Assembly (NCBI GenBank): GCA_036630325.1
Contig: CP142729.1
Location: 372,001-436,000 of the forward strand
Source of the DNA: Vairimorpha necatrix
Lineage: Eukaryota
Direction of reading: 5' to 3'
DNA: 64,000 bases
Shown: positions 32,209 to 46,100 of the stretch, piece by piece
Numbering within the stretch: position 1 is the first letter of the stretch
Layout: every line of letters begins with the position of its first letter
The notes under the pieces: model-generated
What the model saw: the letters and a program-made list of their open reading frames with translations, nothing else
What the model was told of the DNA's origin: nothing
The model's database searches: none
Made by a program: the position numbers and the translations under genes

Positions 32209-34515
32209 TTAAACTTGTTCTTGACATTGCAATGAATTTATAAAATCATCATGTAATTTAGCATTTAAAACTTTAGGTAAAATAATATTTAAGTCATTTT
32301 CGTTCATAATTAGATGAAATATATGTAAAGTTTGTTGACAAAAAAGTTTGATACTTGATTGATTTTTTAACTCACATTCAAATAACATTAGGAAGTTTTT
32401 TGAATACTTTCTTTTAATACTGGTCTCTAAATCTTCATGTAATTTATCATGCAATTCTTTAAAGAAATTTTTTATGTCATCCTTTTTATTATTTTGTAAA
32501 AATCCAAAATCTTCAAGATACATTCTTTGTGTTATCTCTTCCGTTATGAGGTAATTTATGAAAAAAAAAGTTATTTCTTGTATTTCATCATTAAATTCAT
32601 AGCTGATGTTCTCAGAATATAATGTATTTCGAATTTTAATACATTTAGCATCTTTTTTTATTTTTTTTAAGGCTAAAATAAATGTCATTTTTCTAAAAGT
32701 TTCTAAAATATTTTTTATGCCATATTTAAAATCCTGTATATCACTTTTGTCAAATGTACTTGTACACATTTTTTGTCGAAAGTTCTTTATTGTAGGTTCT
32801 AAACATTTAAAAAAATATTTTTGTGCATCTAAGTGCAATTTTTCTGAAAGCGCTGTGTATATTATCTCGTTATTATTTGTTACTTTATCACTATTTAAAC
32901 CTAAAATAGTAATAATATCATATTTCATAAAATAAGTTATGTCGCCTAAATTGTTGCATCTATTTGCTATATTTTCAGTGAATAATGATATTATTTTGAT
33001 CAATTCCCCAGAAACAATTCTTTTATATTTTTCAATCCTGTTAAGACCATAAACTGCTATTCCTGACATTATTTTTGTTAAATCTATATTATTTTCTCTA
33101 TAGAGCTTCTTAGAATTCATCGTAATCTTTAACCCCCTTAAAATTTTTTTTTTGTTCATTTGGCTTCCTATTATTTTTAAAGTTCCAAATATACTGTCAC
33201 ATTTAAATTTATTTTCGTTTATAAACTTTTCGGCTTCTAATAATAAGCAAAATTTAATTAAATATTCTGCTGATAAATTTTTTTGATATGTTTTTTCTAT
33301 TACTATATTTATAAGCTCGGTTTTTCTAGTATCGCCTAATTCATCGCTCTCAATTATTTTTTTAAATTCGGCTTTATTTATTATTTGCATATTCAACAAA
33401 AGATGTGCAAAAATCATACTTAATGCTGTGTCTGTTTTATTTAATAGTCTTTCTAGAAGAAATTTTACCTTATCTTCAGTTTTTATTAACCTATAAAACA
33501 TTTCAACACATAAATTATTTTCATATTTATTTTTCATTGTAGAAGAAAGTTTTTTAAAAAAATATTTAAACTCTGATAAACATTTCTTGCTGATAATAAT
33601 TCCATCGTTGAGATTAACAGAATTTGTCTCCAAAAAATATTTGTTCGAATCATAATCTTGTGTGAATTTTACCTTATCTTTATTTATCTCGATTTTAAAT
33701 TTATTATCTAATAATGATTCTGTAAAACTGCAAACTTCCATTTTAGGTTGGGTGTAGTTTTGTAAATCATCAATATAAACGTTCTTATATAATTCACAAT
33801 AATAATTACTAATTTTTATGTCAAAGTCATTGTCATGTATCGTTGTTATTTCATGATTTAAAGGAAATTTTTCTATAATAATTTCTTTTATATCAATTTC
33901 AAATATATGATACATATCATGTGAACTTATGGAAAAAATTATACTTCGTGTTTTATTGTGTTTAGTACATGCTATACAGAGATTAGGAATTATACAATGG
34001 ATTTCCATCTTTAATGTCGAAACAATTCTGGCTAATAGTTCATTTTCATCGATAATGTGTTCATAAACTATGTCGTGTTTCACTTTAAATTCTTTTCTCA
34101 AAGTTTTAAAATATTTTAAATGATTAATTATTCTACTATATATAGGATGCTTACGGGCTTGTTTTTGATTATAAATTATTATTAAAGATTGCATATATTT
34201 TTTTTCGTATTTTTCTTTACATTTTTTTTCTAATTCTTCGACAATAGCTGTAGTAGATTTTTTATTACAGTTAATTTTCAGTGTTCTTATTAGATTTTCT
34301 TCCGTAAAAAAATTATGAAATATAATTTCTAAGTCTAAATTAAGCTCGCACTTATCAAAATCAAACCTTAAATTAAATGCCATAACACCTCTTTGATCGA
34401 TCGTAAAAAAATCATTATTCTGTATTTTATTCATTATTATAACATTAAGATTATCATAAATTTTTTGAAATCCATGTAAAAAAAGAATTGTTAAAAATAT
34501 TTTCAGCATTTTCAT
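32209..34515 (-). CDS. Orphan predicted secreted protein, ~768 aa, family L770 member 2
   Basis: The first ATG at 34515 is preceded by CCCTTA and gives MKMLKIFLTILFLHG. Paralog of 10223-12535. Confidence 0.88.
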   Translation of the reverse strand: MKMLKIFLTILFLHGFQKIYDNLNVIIMNKIQNNDFFTIDQRGVMAFNLRFDFDKCELNLDLEIIFHNFFTEENLIRTLKINCNKKSTTAIVEELEKKCKEKYEKKYMQSLIIIYNQKQARKHPIYSRIINHLKYFKTLRKEFKVKHDIVYEHIIDENELLARIVSTLKMEIHCIIPNLCIACTKHNKTRSIIFSISSHDMYHIFEIDIKEIIIEKFPLNHEITTIHDNDFDIKISNYYCELYKNVYIDDLQNYTQPKMEVCSFTESLLDNKFKIEINKDKVKFTQDYDSNKYFLETNSVNLNDGIIISKKCLSEFKYFFKKLSSTMKNKYENNLCVEMFYRLIKTEDKVKFLLERLLNKTDTALSMIFAHLLLNMQIINKAEFKKIIESDELGDTRKTELINIVIEKTYQKNLSAEYLIKFCLLLEAEKFINENKFKCDSIFGTLKIIGSQMNKKKILRGLKITMNSKKLYRENNIDLTKIMSGIAVYGLNRIEKYKRIVSGELIKIISLFTENIANRCNNLGDITYFMKYDIITILGLNSDKVTNNNEIIYTALSEKLHLDAQKYFFKCLEPTIKNFRQKMCTSTFDKSDIQDFKYGIKNILETFRKMTFILALKKIKKDAKCIKIRNTLYSENISYEFNDEIQEITFFFINYLITEEITQRMYLEDFGFLQNNKKDDIKNFFKELHDKLHEDLETSIKRKYSKNFLMLFECELKNQSSIKLFCQQTLHIFHLIMNENDLNIILPKVLNAKLHDDFINSLQCQEQV

Positions 34516-34571
34516 TAAGGGCAAAAATCTAATACTTAAATAGTAAAATTGATTATTTAGACATGTGCAAC

Positions 34572-34575
<4 letters not shown>

Positions 34576-34606
<31 letters not shown>
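34576..34606. repeat. (TA)15 microsatellite upstream of L770 member 2
   Basis: Direct reading. Confidence 0.9.
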
Positions 34607-34608
<2 letters not shown>

Positions 34609-35301
34609 TCATTATTTTTTGCATGACTTTTACATATATAATCGCAATTTTGTGGTTAAAAATTTAATAAATGTCTTTTGCATCACGTGCAAATCAAAAT
34701 TTTATCAAATTTTTTGTAACATTTCTGCAATTAATCTTATCGATTTAATTGTGTATATGTTGTTTAATTTTTTTAAGTTTATATTTTATGGTCAAAGAAA
34801 GATTTATATACTAATCAAAATCATAATTTATTGATAAAATTCGTAGAAATTGCCATTTAAGAGCTTAAATATTAAACGACTTGTAATATTTACACTTTAC
34901 GTTTCTTTATAATCATACATACAGTAATTCGAAATTATAAACTTACGTATCCTAGTTTTATTTTATAAATTATTAGATAAGTAAACTTACAACACTTAGA
35001 CTTCAAGATTTAATATATAATATTTAAAAAAACTGTTGGGTGGTTTAATATAAATGATATAAATCGGAATAAATTTGCTTTTTATCTTATTAAAAAAACT
35101 GAAACATGACTACTAATCTTTTTTTAATGTTTATTGTGATTTGTTTCCAATTAATTCCATTGAAAGTTTTGACAGATCAATTAAAAATTTGACATTTATA
35201 ATCTAATTAAATTAATGAGAGAGATAATTAAAGAAAAAATTAATATGTTTACTGCAATATATTTGTGCCTTTAAGATTTTATGTCTAACGTATAATTTTT
35301 G

Positions 35302-36310
35302 GGCTAATGTCGGCTTTAGGAGAAAATTTTCGATATAGGGTTTTTTTTGCCCCTTTTTTCAAAAATGAAGGAGAAAATTCAAACAAGAGAGCAATTAGAA
35401 AACATATATAATGCATTAATAACCAAAAATAAAATAAAGAATTGTGAATTATGTGAACTCAGCTGATAATAAAGAATAAACAAAAACTTATTGGAAATGT
35501 AAATGGAGTACTTGTAAAAAAAACAGTTTCAATATGGAAAGGTACTTTATTTCAAGATTCTAGACTTAACCATATTACAGTATTACAAATACTTAATATG
35601 TGGATTCTAGGATATCCTCGAAAATCTATTTGTCAAATTTTGGGTTTATAGCGGAATCTGTGTCATTTATACTAAAAAGTTAAAAGAATTGGATATTTAT
35701 GAAAAATATTTATCTAGTATTGGCGTTATGGGCGGTGAAACACAGTAGTGGAAATCGATGAGACGAAGATTGTCAAGAATAAGAATATTAGAGGTAGAAT
35801 TGTGAAAAGTTTCTGGTGTTTTGGTATGGTCGAACGTACCATACACCGCCGAATTATATTTATATATATTAAGAAAAGAGACCAAATAACGCTAACTAAT
35901 CTTTTGTTAAAATATGTAGACAGAAATAGTATAATTTATAGCGATATGTGGAGAACCTACCGTAATTTAGGCTTAAAATTTAACCAACATCTAATGGTAA
36001 ATCATTCTCTACACTTTAGAGACCCACTTACTGGAGTTCATACCAATATCATAGAAGGTAATTGGCGATCTTTAAAAAAATCTATACCAAATAGAAATAG
36101 ATCAGTTCGGAGTGCGAAACTTTATTTATTCAGGTATATGCTTCAAAGAAATTCTTCTAGTTCCGTGTTTGAAGCATTAATAAATTTATTGTTTTATTTT
36201 TTATTTTTGTTTCTTCCTCCACATTCTTTCTCCTCCATTTTTGAAAAAAAGGGGCAAAAAAAACAAAAAACCCCTATATCGAAAATTTTCTCCTAAAGCC
36301 TACATTAGCC
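35302..36310 (+). mobile_element. Merlin DNA transposon (1009 bp), frameshifted transposase
   Basis: TIRs GGCTAATGT(C/A)GGCTTTAGGAGAAAATTTTCGATATAGGG. Perfect 8-bp TSD AATTTTTG (35294-35301 and 36311-36318). Confidence 0.93.
35365..36200 (+). pseudogene. Merlin transposase pseudogene
   Basis: C-terminal frame has VEIDETK, WCFGMVER, SDMWRTY, VNHS and HTNIIEGNW. The N-terminal part is broken by frameshifts. Confidence 0.88.
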
Positions 36311-37329
36311 AATTTTTGTACTGGTATTCTCAATTAGATGTCAAATATGGTTTTCTGATCTAATTAATTGACATTTCATTTTCATTTTTGATAAAATACA
36401 AAAAACGAATCATGTGTACATAGGTCTATAAATTTTATCAATAGTCTTTATTTAAACTCTTTATGTAATAGCCCGAAGGAAAGAACATTTTTAAAAAAGA
36501 AAAAAAATATATAAAATAGAATCTTTGGCAAAGACGGGCTGTATATAAAAGTTGATAATGTAATTTTTTTTTTTAGTCCCAATTACATAAGAAAAACTAG
36601 TATTTTTAAAAGTGATTAAAAAACCTTTTGTGAAATCAATTAACCTCGTAAAAATGCTACAAATATATAAATTCATATTATGACTGGTAGTTTTTGATAA
36701 GTACTTTGTTTTATAAGCGAAATATACGATATAATCGTTGAAAATAGCCGTAATAATGTCTATTTATCATAAAAAGCAAAATTACATGCAAAATGCATAT
36801 AACCAATTAAATATCTGCAAGGGTTATAAAAGAACGTCATTACTACAAACGTTTGATTGTAATTTCCTCAGCCTTTATTTGCCACTTTTACATGAAATAT
36901 TCTTTCTAATTTATGTTATTGTTACTTCTCTACCATTTTTTACGTAAAAATTTTTAATGCTAATGAAAAAAATGAAAATATATTATTTTAAATTTTTCGT
37001 GTTAAATATATATTTTTTTTCTATGTTTTTAATATTTACAAAATTGGCTAAAAATTATATTATGTTCTAATTATTAATGTATTTTTTGTTGTATGGTCCT
37101 ATGATTTATAATATTCAAAAAATCTTTTTCTCAACATTTATCAATGCATTGTTGTATTAAAACATACCTCAGGTAATGATATCCTTGGTCGATGAATTTT
37201 TTAACTTCTTTCAATAGCAGCTTTGATCTATAATCAAAACTTTTATGTTAATGAAGTATCTTTTCTTGCCTTATGTCTCTATTTCATTCTTCATGTCTCT
37301 CTCTCTCTCTTTGTGAGTGGAGATGATTA

Positions 37330-40300
37330 AAATCTCCGTCTCATGTCTTCCTTCATCACTTCAGAAATCTCCTAATATTCTATATTCTAACAAAATTCTT
37401 TCAAAAGCCTTATATATATCAACAGATTGGATGTACGGCTCGACGAAAGTATGTATATCAAGCTTTCTGTATTAAATTTCATGGTCTTTGGTAACCATAC
37501 CTTCCCATTTTAATACATACTGAATACTGTCACATTAAAGCCATTCATCATGTACATTTTATTGGCAAGAATGTCTACTTTCAAGCTTCTCAACTTCCAC
37601 CTGCTTGAAATTATCAATTGAGATTACCCGAATTTAAATATGAGCATTTCTTTCTTTTTTTTCGTCTATAACTACAAGATCTGGTCTGTTGTGTTTAATA
37701 TTAATATTTTATAATGAATGTGCCAATCCTTACTTCGACCTCTCTATTTGAAATTACTTCCTAGACAGAATGACTCTTTTAGTTTCTTTGTCGGCGTTAA
37801 GTAGTTTTTATTTGCACAGTAACAAGTGACTTTACAAAGTCTATATTACGTCTTCTCATGTATCCAAATCTGTCATTTTCCCTCATCTAGATAATAAATG
37901 GTCAGCTGTTTTATTGTCTTCTCAACAATGTGAATAATTCATTCTCTCCGACAAACATGTTTCTGTATTGCAAGTAACAGAGTTTAGCTTTCATCTTGCT
38001 AGATGGTTTTATGTTTAAGCCATATTGCCAAATCTTTTATAGGCACGTCTTTGTCTTGGGCTCCTACGTACAACCCTTTATCTTAGGTTTCGTTTTTATC
38101 TCATTGTACGGGCTTAGCTTTTGTGTTTCTTTGAACTTCTTACTGATATCTCTCTTGTTTCAAATTATATTTGCAAGCTAGCAATTATTGATTATCCAAA
38201 GATGGCATCTATCGTATTCTAGGATCTTCGATATTACTGCTCTTCTTCTAATTGCATTTTAGTATTCTCAAACCCCTATATAAGGCCGAGCAGCATTGCT
38301 TCGGTGCGGAATGTAATATTGACCAAGCCTCTTCTCTTGGCAGATATATGTGTTGTTTTTGCTGTGTGTAGAAGGATTTCGTTTTATGTATATGTTTGTC
38401 TAACTGTGTCATCTAATTCACTAATATTTCTTATTCAATTTACTATACCCTTGTAGTAGTTTAGATTTAGAAGTCCAAACTTACTTTTTTTTTGCTATGT
38501 TTTTTTCCGGATAATTCTGTTATTGCTAGCTTTAGCACTCTGTTTTTTATTTCCTGTTTTATTCTTTGCTTTATTTTTTTCGTGGGTTCACCGAATTTTT
38601 ACAGTTGTGCAAGAGGTAATTGTATGTACTTGTTTCGTCTAGTTTCACCATATTTATAGTAATTTCTAGAGGTTTTTTTCTTATTTCTTTAATTGATATT
38701 TAGGTTGATTGTCCCGCATAGCTCTTCTGTTTCATTTATCATTTTCTTTAGATTTTATTTGTTTTCGGCATGAGTTTTAGATCTTCAATAAACAACAGAT
38801 GGTAGGAGCTGAGCTTTAACTTTTGTGCAGGTCTTTTTAAATATAGGACGTTTCTCATTTATCTCTGATGAGTGGCTGAATGCATATGACAAAACGGCAT
38901 GGGAAAAAAAAGTATTACCCCATTAAAATTCTCTATTACTTATTTTCTTCGATATCATTTCAGTATTCCCGTATATTTTTTCTTTGCAAGTAAGAGGTGC
39001 TGAGAAAACTTACATCTGGACCAGAGAGATTTGGGTGATCCTTTTCACTGTTACTGTTAGATTCTTATTCACTGAAATGCCCTCCATATAACTTGCCGGT
39101 ACAGCAAGATTCGTCGCATCCATTGGACTTTGCTCTAGGAGAACACTTTCAATTTATACCTCAATCGCGTCCAGAGTGATCTCACAGAAATATAATATAA
39201 GGTCATAGTCATCTATAATTTGAGGAAAGACATCATTGCACTAACTTAAGGGTCCTGACAAACATCTGTATCGCACACATGGCTCCTTACAAAATCTATC
39301 AGCAGCCAGGCGTTTTCATTGGACTGAGTTGACCCCCCTTCTCCCACTAATTGTGGCTACCGTGCTACTTTATCTTGGGGGATACTGCCACGAGAGCTTC
39401 TATTGCCCTACTTCTTTTAGTCTATTATTTAACTCTAGAATTCAATCTAAAGTGCACCAATACCGGACTAAAATTAGGACCTCCTATCAATTACTTGTTT
39501 GTATCATTAAGTCACCACAAGGATATTGCAGTTTTTGGCCTTTAGGTGCGTTTCTACACTAAATGCTAGACATTAAGGCAGGACACGCAATGATTCATTG
39601 AATTCACTTCATAATTTCGTGTACATTTTCATCAAATGAGTTGTTCAAAAAGCATCATTTAAAGTAGAAATAATTTTTGAGCCCATGGATTTGAATCTAA
39701 ATTGCATATGGACGCATTGGCTTCGACCTCTGAGCTAAAGGACCTTACCACCGCAAAAAAACATTTAATATTCTTATTTTGGTTCCTTAAAAAATTCGTT
39801 CATCTACTTGGGCAGCTTCAGTCTTCCAATACATAGTAAAAGAAAACTTGTGGTTAACCGAGTCGAATGCCTTCTTTACGTCGACCAGAATGTCTTTAAG
39901 TTGTTATTTTATTTCTTGTTTATCAAATATTAAATAAAGCCTTCTACTTTGCGACTGTAGCCCTCCGGCTGTTCCAAGCTGGTTTTCTAATACTAAGCTT
40001 TTCTTTTCTCTTTTAACTATTACCTTTGACACGAATTTTGTTACTAACTTGTTTAGTTTACAAAGACATGTAATCGGTCTAAAATCTCATTCCAATTTAC
40101 AATCTTCCCCCGGATATTTGAAAGGTGTTCCTTGTCGTTTGCCATTCTTCCATTTGTACTGGATTGAAGAAGATTGTCTTTAGTTTCTCGTATAACAGTT
40201 CATTTATGAAACTAAACTTTTTTATCCAAAAGTTGTATATCTTATCGGGTCCAACAACTTTCCAGCTGGGCAGATATTTTATAATGCTTTTGAATTTTCT

Positions 40301-40420
40301 GACATTTGGCAATTTAATGTTCTGTTTTTTTGCGTCTGTCCTTCTAAGTGCCTTTTTACTAAGTCTCACGTACTTATATTTTTGCTGGGTCTACCTCTGA
40401 TTTATTTTACTTTCCCGGTA
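37330..40420 (-). mobile_element. Decayed non-LTR retrotransposon of RLE type (R4/Dong-like), interrupted by SINE copy 2; ends approximate
   Basis: - strand fragments in order: GPDKIYNFWIKKF, RPITCL, VDVKKAFDSVNH, HLLFIEDLKL, HCxEDNKTADHLLSR (CCHC relic), HNRPDLVVID (restriction-like endonuclease), QVEVEK, WEGMVTKDH. Confidence 0.85.
38976..39744 (-). mobile_element. tRNA-derived SINE, copy 2 (diverged)
   Basis: Colinear with 854-1643 throughout (shared TTGCAAGTAAGAGGT, ATCCATTGGACTTTG, AGGAGAACACTTT, AATCGCGTCCAGAGTGA, CTTCTATTGCCCTACTTC, AGGTGCGTTTCTACACTA). Head has A box TAGCTCAGAGG and B-like GATTCAAATCC. No TSD visible. Confidence 0.85.
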
Positions 40421-42199
40421 AGAATATCTTATTCTTTGTGTCCACAAGGTGGGGTTTTGTGGTAACTTCGCCTTTATTAGGTCTCTATAACTTTAGTTAT
40501 TTGTATATGTATATAATAAATATGTTCATTTTCAATTTTTTTTGTTGTATTGGTGGGCATATTGGCTTTCAAATTAAATTTTTTCTAATCATGCTGTTGT
40601 ATTTTTTTCCTTTCTTAGCAAAAACATCTATACATAACGTAGTCTTTTTTAATGACCACTTTTTTTTTTCTTATGATTATCTACATAAATTTTTAAGAAT
40701 GTGTATACAAATTTATTTGTAGAACGCCGACATATTTTTCAGATTAGCAATCTTACAGGGTTAAAGGTATTTTTTTAGCAAAACACGGATCTGTTGTCAC
40801 ATTATGACAAACATCAACCCTGTTAAATATTTTTTAAGTGATATTGTTTATAAGACAAATACAGCTTTCGACGAAAAATAACTTTTCTATCTCTTTTAAT
40901 TGTATTACAAAGAGTTGAAGCAAAATTATATTGTAGTGCCATCTTAATTATATTTCAGACATTCTTACTTAAATAGATTTAATCAACTTAGTTTGTTTAT
41001 TTAGTGGAAGTTTAGGAAAAAAAGTTATTTTAAATAAACAAGATATGTTATTACAAATAAATTTATAATAAAAAACATACTACTTTATATTTTTTGTATT
41101 ATTTTTCTGCAATCAATGTTTCTGTCTGGTAGTCTAAATTTAATTACAGTATTATAAAGGTTCTTGACAACGCCAATCTAGTGGTAAAATTGTCTTTTTA
41201 TAACTATTTTTTATGCAACTGGCCTTAGGTGGTTTTTGACTTGCCATATGATTGTCATTTGTTACATAACAATAATGTTCGTAAACACTTTTTTATGAAA
41301 CATGCCTTTTATTTAATTTTTCACGAATTAATCAGATCCTCTTTTTTCTTTAAAATAATGATACCTCTAACATAAGTTCTTCTTTTTACATCTTATTGGC
41401 AAATCGAGTTGTAACAAAGAGAAAAGAATTATTCTAAGTTTTGTATAAAATAGAAATTTATTTAATGAAATCTATGTGTAAATAGTTATCCAATTTTTGT
41501 TCGAAGTAGGTATAATAAAAAGTTATGATTGCGCATTCCTGCTCAATTTTTATATTTTATTTTCGAATTTTTTAAAATTTGAACGGCGGGTTGAATATAA
41601 AAACATTTACTGTGGTCACGCCCCTTTATGCGTTCAAGTTTATAGGCTCAGGGAGTTTTAAGAATTTAGTTCTGTTAAAAAATGTTTAGCCGTTCGAAAT
41701 TTTTAAACCTTCAGTATTTCTTAAGTTGATCGTATGATGTCTGATTTTTATAATTTCTCCTTTGACGAAATATTTAATGCAATGCTTTTGTTGCGGTTCT
41801 CTTTTTTGCAATTTTGTGTCCCATCTCGTCTGATTTAAATTATTTTTTCTGTATTTCACTAATAGATGTTTTCGGAAAAAACGAGAAACTTATATAGTAG
41901 CACATGATTTTGACTTACAAATACTTCTCTATTAATTTCTTGGAATATCTCAACATTTTAATCAGTTTAAGTCTCTATTGACATATATTCAAAACCTTCA
42001 TCGGGTTGGTATTGTCTTTTTTTTATTGGCACGTTGTGTAAAAGCAATTTGTGCTGATTTATTTATGATATCGTACTATAAATATATTATCTTTTTTATA
42101 TTTTTCAGTATGTAAAAATAATATATGTTTTAAACGATTGATTTGAACGTTTGCTGCTTTTTTTTCTTCTGTTATAATTGAATTTGTCTTTACCCATAA

Positions 42200-43111
42200 A
42201 TGTTTTTATGTATCAGTGTATTGATTTGTTCAAATAATATCGAACAAAATATTAATTACAATTTAATGCAAACGAACAGCACATCATTACAAACAAATAT
42301 ACAAAAAAGGACGATATCTAAATCTAACGATGATTGCAATCTGCCATTAAAAAAAAGAAAATTATATTTAATTAATGAAGAGTCCACAATAACTACCGTA
42401 GAAAAAATATCATATAAAGCAAATTCTTACGATTTTTTGCTCACCAATCCAGAAAATAGAAATTTTAATAAATGTAACATTAGTAAAGAATCTTTTATTA
42501 TAAAAAAATGCAAAGATTATAAAATATTGTTAAAAAATCTTAAATATCAAATACAAAAGTGGGATGAGTATGATAATAAAACAGAAGTAAATTTTAAAAT
42601 TGTATATGGAAAATTTACAAATGAATATTATGCTTATGAATATGCCCAAAGTATACTTTATCAAATGATCTACGATCTAAATTTACATTTAAAGCAAAAT
42701 TTCGATAAAATTTGGGAATTTTTAGATAATTCTAAATCTAAACATAAAAACATTATTTTAATAGAAAAATTAAATTTTATCGAAGAAATAACAAAATACT
42801 TAAAAAGAGTATTGCCTAAAAATCTTAATTATAAAAGCAGGAGTTACAAAATACTAGATTTTTATAGCGTTCTGCCTGCTAGGCTAAAAATTTTGAAAAC
42901 CGGGTTTGAAGTTGTCAAGGAAATTAAAATTTCAAAAAACAAATTCATCCAACAGTATTTTAAAAGCGGAGATGAGATAACGAATTTTAAAAATTCTATA
43001 ACGCTAATACATAATAAATTGATACATTTTTTCAATAATATTGAAAAAGTGAAAGAATTTTGCAATACTATTACTGAAAATTTAGAAAAAATAGTATTAA
43101 TGAATTATTGA
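42200..43111 (+). CDS. Orphan predicted secreted protein, 303 aa, family S300 member 2
   Basis: ATG preceded by CCCATAA, N-terminus MFLCISVLICS, motif CNLPLKKRK. Paralog of 2493-3410. Confidence 0.87.
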   Translation: MFLCISVLICSNNIEQNINYNLMQTNSTSLQTNIQKRTISKSNDDCNLPLKKRKLYLINEESTITTVEKISYKANSYDFLLTNPENRNFNKCNISKESFIIKKCKDYKILLKNLKYQIQKWDEYDNKTEVNFKIVYGKFTNEYYAYEYAQSILYQMIYDLNLHLKQNFDKIWEFLDNSKSKHKNIILIEKLNFIEEITKYLKRVLPKNLNYKSRSYKILDFYSVLPARLKILKTGFEVVKEIKISKNKFIQQYFKSGDEITNFKNSITLIHNKLIHFFNNIEKVKEFCNTITENLEKIVLMNY

Positions 43112-46100
43112 AATAATCTAACATATTTCATCTACAAATCTATTCCAATTTGGATGTCTTTTTCTATCACCTTTTTCATTATATTTATAAATTCGTTTAA
43201 TTATAATTGTCTCAAAAGTCTATATTAAAACTAAAGTAATCAGCTATATTTTTCATTTTAATAGAATTGAAAATACTTGATATAAAAAGGTATCAATGGC
43301 AGGAAAACGACGAAGTAATAAAATTGTTAAAAATATACTATCATATACAAATTGAGCATCATGAAATAACCCTACTTGAAAATTTTTAACTTTAATGACT
43401 TTAACGTTTATTTGAATTTATCATAATCATAATTACAAAGAACAGAATTAGCACATAATTGGTACAAATATAAGGCATTTAAAAATAATATTTATTTTAA
43501 CATTGTACTTTTATAATGCATAAATTTATCAAAAAATAATACATTTTTACTTGTATTAGTTTTATTGACTACGGTAATATCACATAAATATTTATTAGAT
43601 GGTTAAATTTGAGATGTTATTAAAATAATAAAATTTATGTGGCTAATAATTTCCGGAGAATCCTCTTTTTAGACATTAAAAAATATTGAACCATTTCTTC
43701 GTAGATTATATCATAAAATTTCCAGGTTTTTTTCTGTAATTTAAGCCTTCAATTTGACATGCAATTGGATTTATAAAGTAGAAATTTTGGATTAAGATAT
43801 TATTTATAAACTAGTTAAGCTTTTTGTTTTAATCTTATTACGCAGTACACTTACAGAAAAAAGACAAACTTGTGATTACTTTTAGATGTTTACATGTAAA
43901 ACTTTTATTGTAGTCTTTCTATAGAAAAAAAAATTGCATGAAAATTTAAATTACATTAAATTCTTGATTATTTATATACTACCTTCACACTCAAATATCG
44001 AAACACAAAAAAATAATGTATTCAATTTATCATTGAAATAGTGTTTCTATCATAATTATTTTATAATTTTTTAAAAATGCTGATGTTCGGCTCATAGAGT
44101 ATTTTTAACATATTTAATAAGTTTATACTTTTAAAATTGAACAACAACAAGTGATGAAAAAATCTTTCACTTTATAATAAATTTTTTTTAAATTACCTCG
44201 TTTTCAAGTCGTTTTTAAAAAATCATTTCATAATTAATATAATGGAATTGTTTGCTATTGATTATAACCGAATATCTTCATAAAAATTGAAAATATGATT
44301 TTAAAAATAATAATTAGACTACCGGCTTTTAAGTAATTTTGTAAATAATTCCTATCTTTTAAAAATTTTCAACAACAAACAAATATTGAAAAAGAAATCG
44401 TTCTGTTTTGATGTGGATTTTTACTAGATATGAGAACCAATGTTCTACAGTTAAAATTCCTTTTATCGATTGAAATCAACAATATTTTGTTTACTGACAT
44501 ATCTAAAAGCAATAACAATGATGGAAAAATTAATTGTCAAGGGTCATTGAATCTTTTTGATAAAATTCTTGCAATTTAGCATACATTTTTTTTCAACAGT
44601 TCTTTCTAATTTTATTGGAAACAACTGATAATTTAAAAAGTTTTATTAGACCATAAAACCCAACTAGTAGATCAAAAAATTGATTGGTTGATTATAATTA
44701 AAATTATTTTAAGAATTCATTAGAAAGAACCTAAAATGCTGTATATTAATTTGAAGAGCTTTTACTTATAATAAACATAAAGCTTTTGCATTTTAGTGCA
44801 TCTAATCTCAATCTTAGGAAATATAGTTTTTAAGGTACTATAAGAAAGAGGAAGGCGTTATTACACATGACTCAATTTTTAATATATCGTGTAAATAAAT
44901 CAAACAGGTCAGTTACGGCAAAAACACCAATGTATATAACATAAAAAAGCGTCTTTTTGTAAATTATTCGTTTTTTAATATATCCAGACACAAAAATAGA
45001 TCGATGATGCGTTCAAAAGAATACTGAGATTTTTTACATTCTTTTCCACTACACTACATCGTTTCAAAAGTCAAAAAATTTTAGTCCCTTTTTTATTGTA
45101 TAAAATTACTTTATTTGGGTATAATATCTTACTTACTAATTAATTTTCACAATCTATACTCACAAATATTTCTGAAAGTTCCCGGAGTTTCTCCGTAAAT
45201 TTACATATTAGTTCCTCGAACACCCCTTTCTATTCAGTATCAAGCCCATGTCTGATTGACATAGTTAGGCTTTCGAAAGTCATTTTAAGGACTATTGTCT
45301 GTATATTTGCTTCCGTTCTGGGCTCTGATCGGAGCTCTTTGATATGCGAGCGGTGGAGATAAGTTACTATTCCAACCATGTCATAACATAAAGAATAATT
45401 TTCGGCTTTTAATTATAGAGAGAAGAACATAGTTTTAAAGCAAGTCGTATTTATGATTCTTTTCTGTTTCTATCGCATGATGGTTGTTAAATTTTCTGGT
45501 GTAAAGATTTGATTTTCATTAGATTTAACTGTATTTATTTACTTCCTTAAAACTTTAGAAAAGCTTGGAAATATGTTTTTTTGGATGCATTCATAAACCA
45601 GTAATTGCATATTCTACCTCTATTACGAATCAAAAATGTTCTCATAAAATTTATACTAGTAAAAGAATGTATATTTTGATTTTCTATTTACAATAAAAAA
45701 AAATTTTTTTCGCAAACACTTTGAGTAACACGAATTTAGCAACAACCGCAAACAAAGGAATTTTGCTATTAAAGTAACGACGTTTCGAATGTTTATAAGA
45801 AAAAGCAAATTTACATAAATAAACTTTTTTATGGAAAGGGGGATTCTTACACCAAGATTGCCGTATTCTTATCACCAATTTAAAGGTCATTAATCCAATG
45901 CAACACAACTTCAGAGCACGCGTGTTTGTCAGAGAATAGAGTTTCAAAAAAGCATCTATATCTAACCAGAAAACTAGCTATCTTTAATTCATATAAACAT
46001 TTTGTTTGCAATATCAAAACAAAAAAAAAAATTTATTAAGATAGTCAGGGTAAAAATTGTATGCATCATATTTGTATTGAATTTAGAGCATAAGAATATT

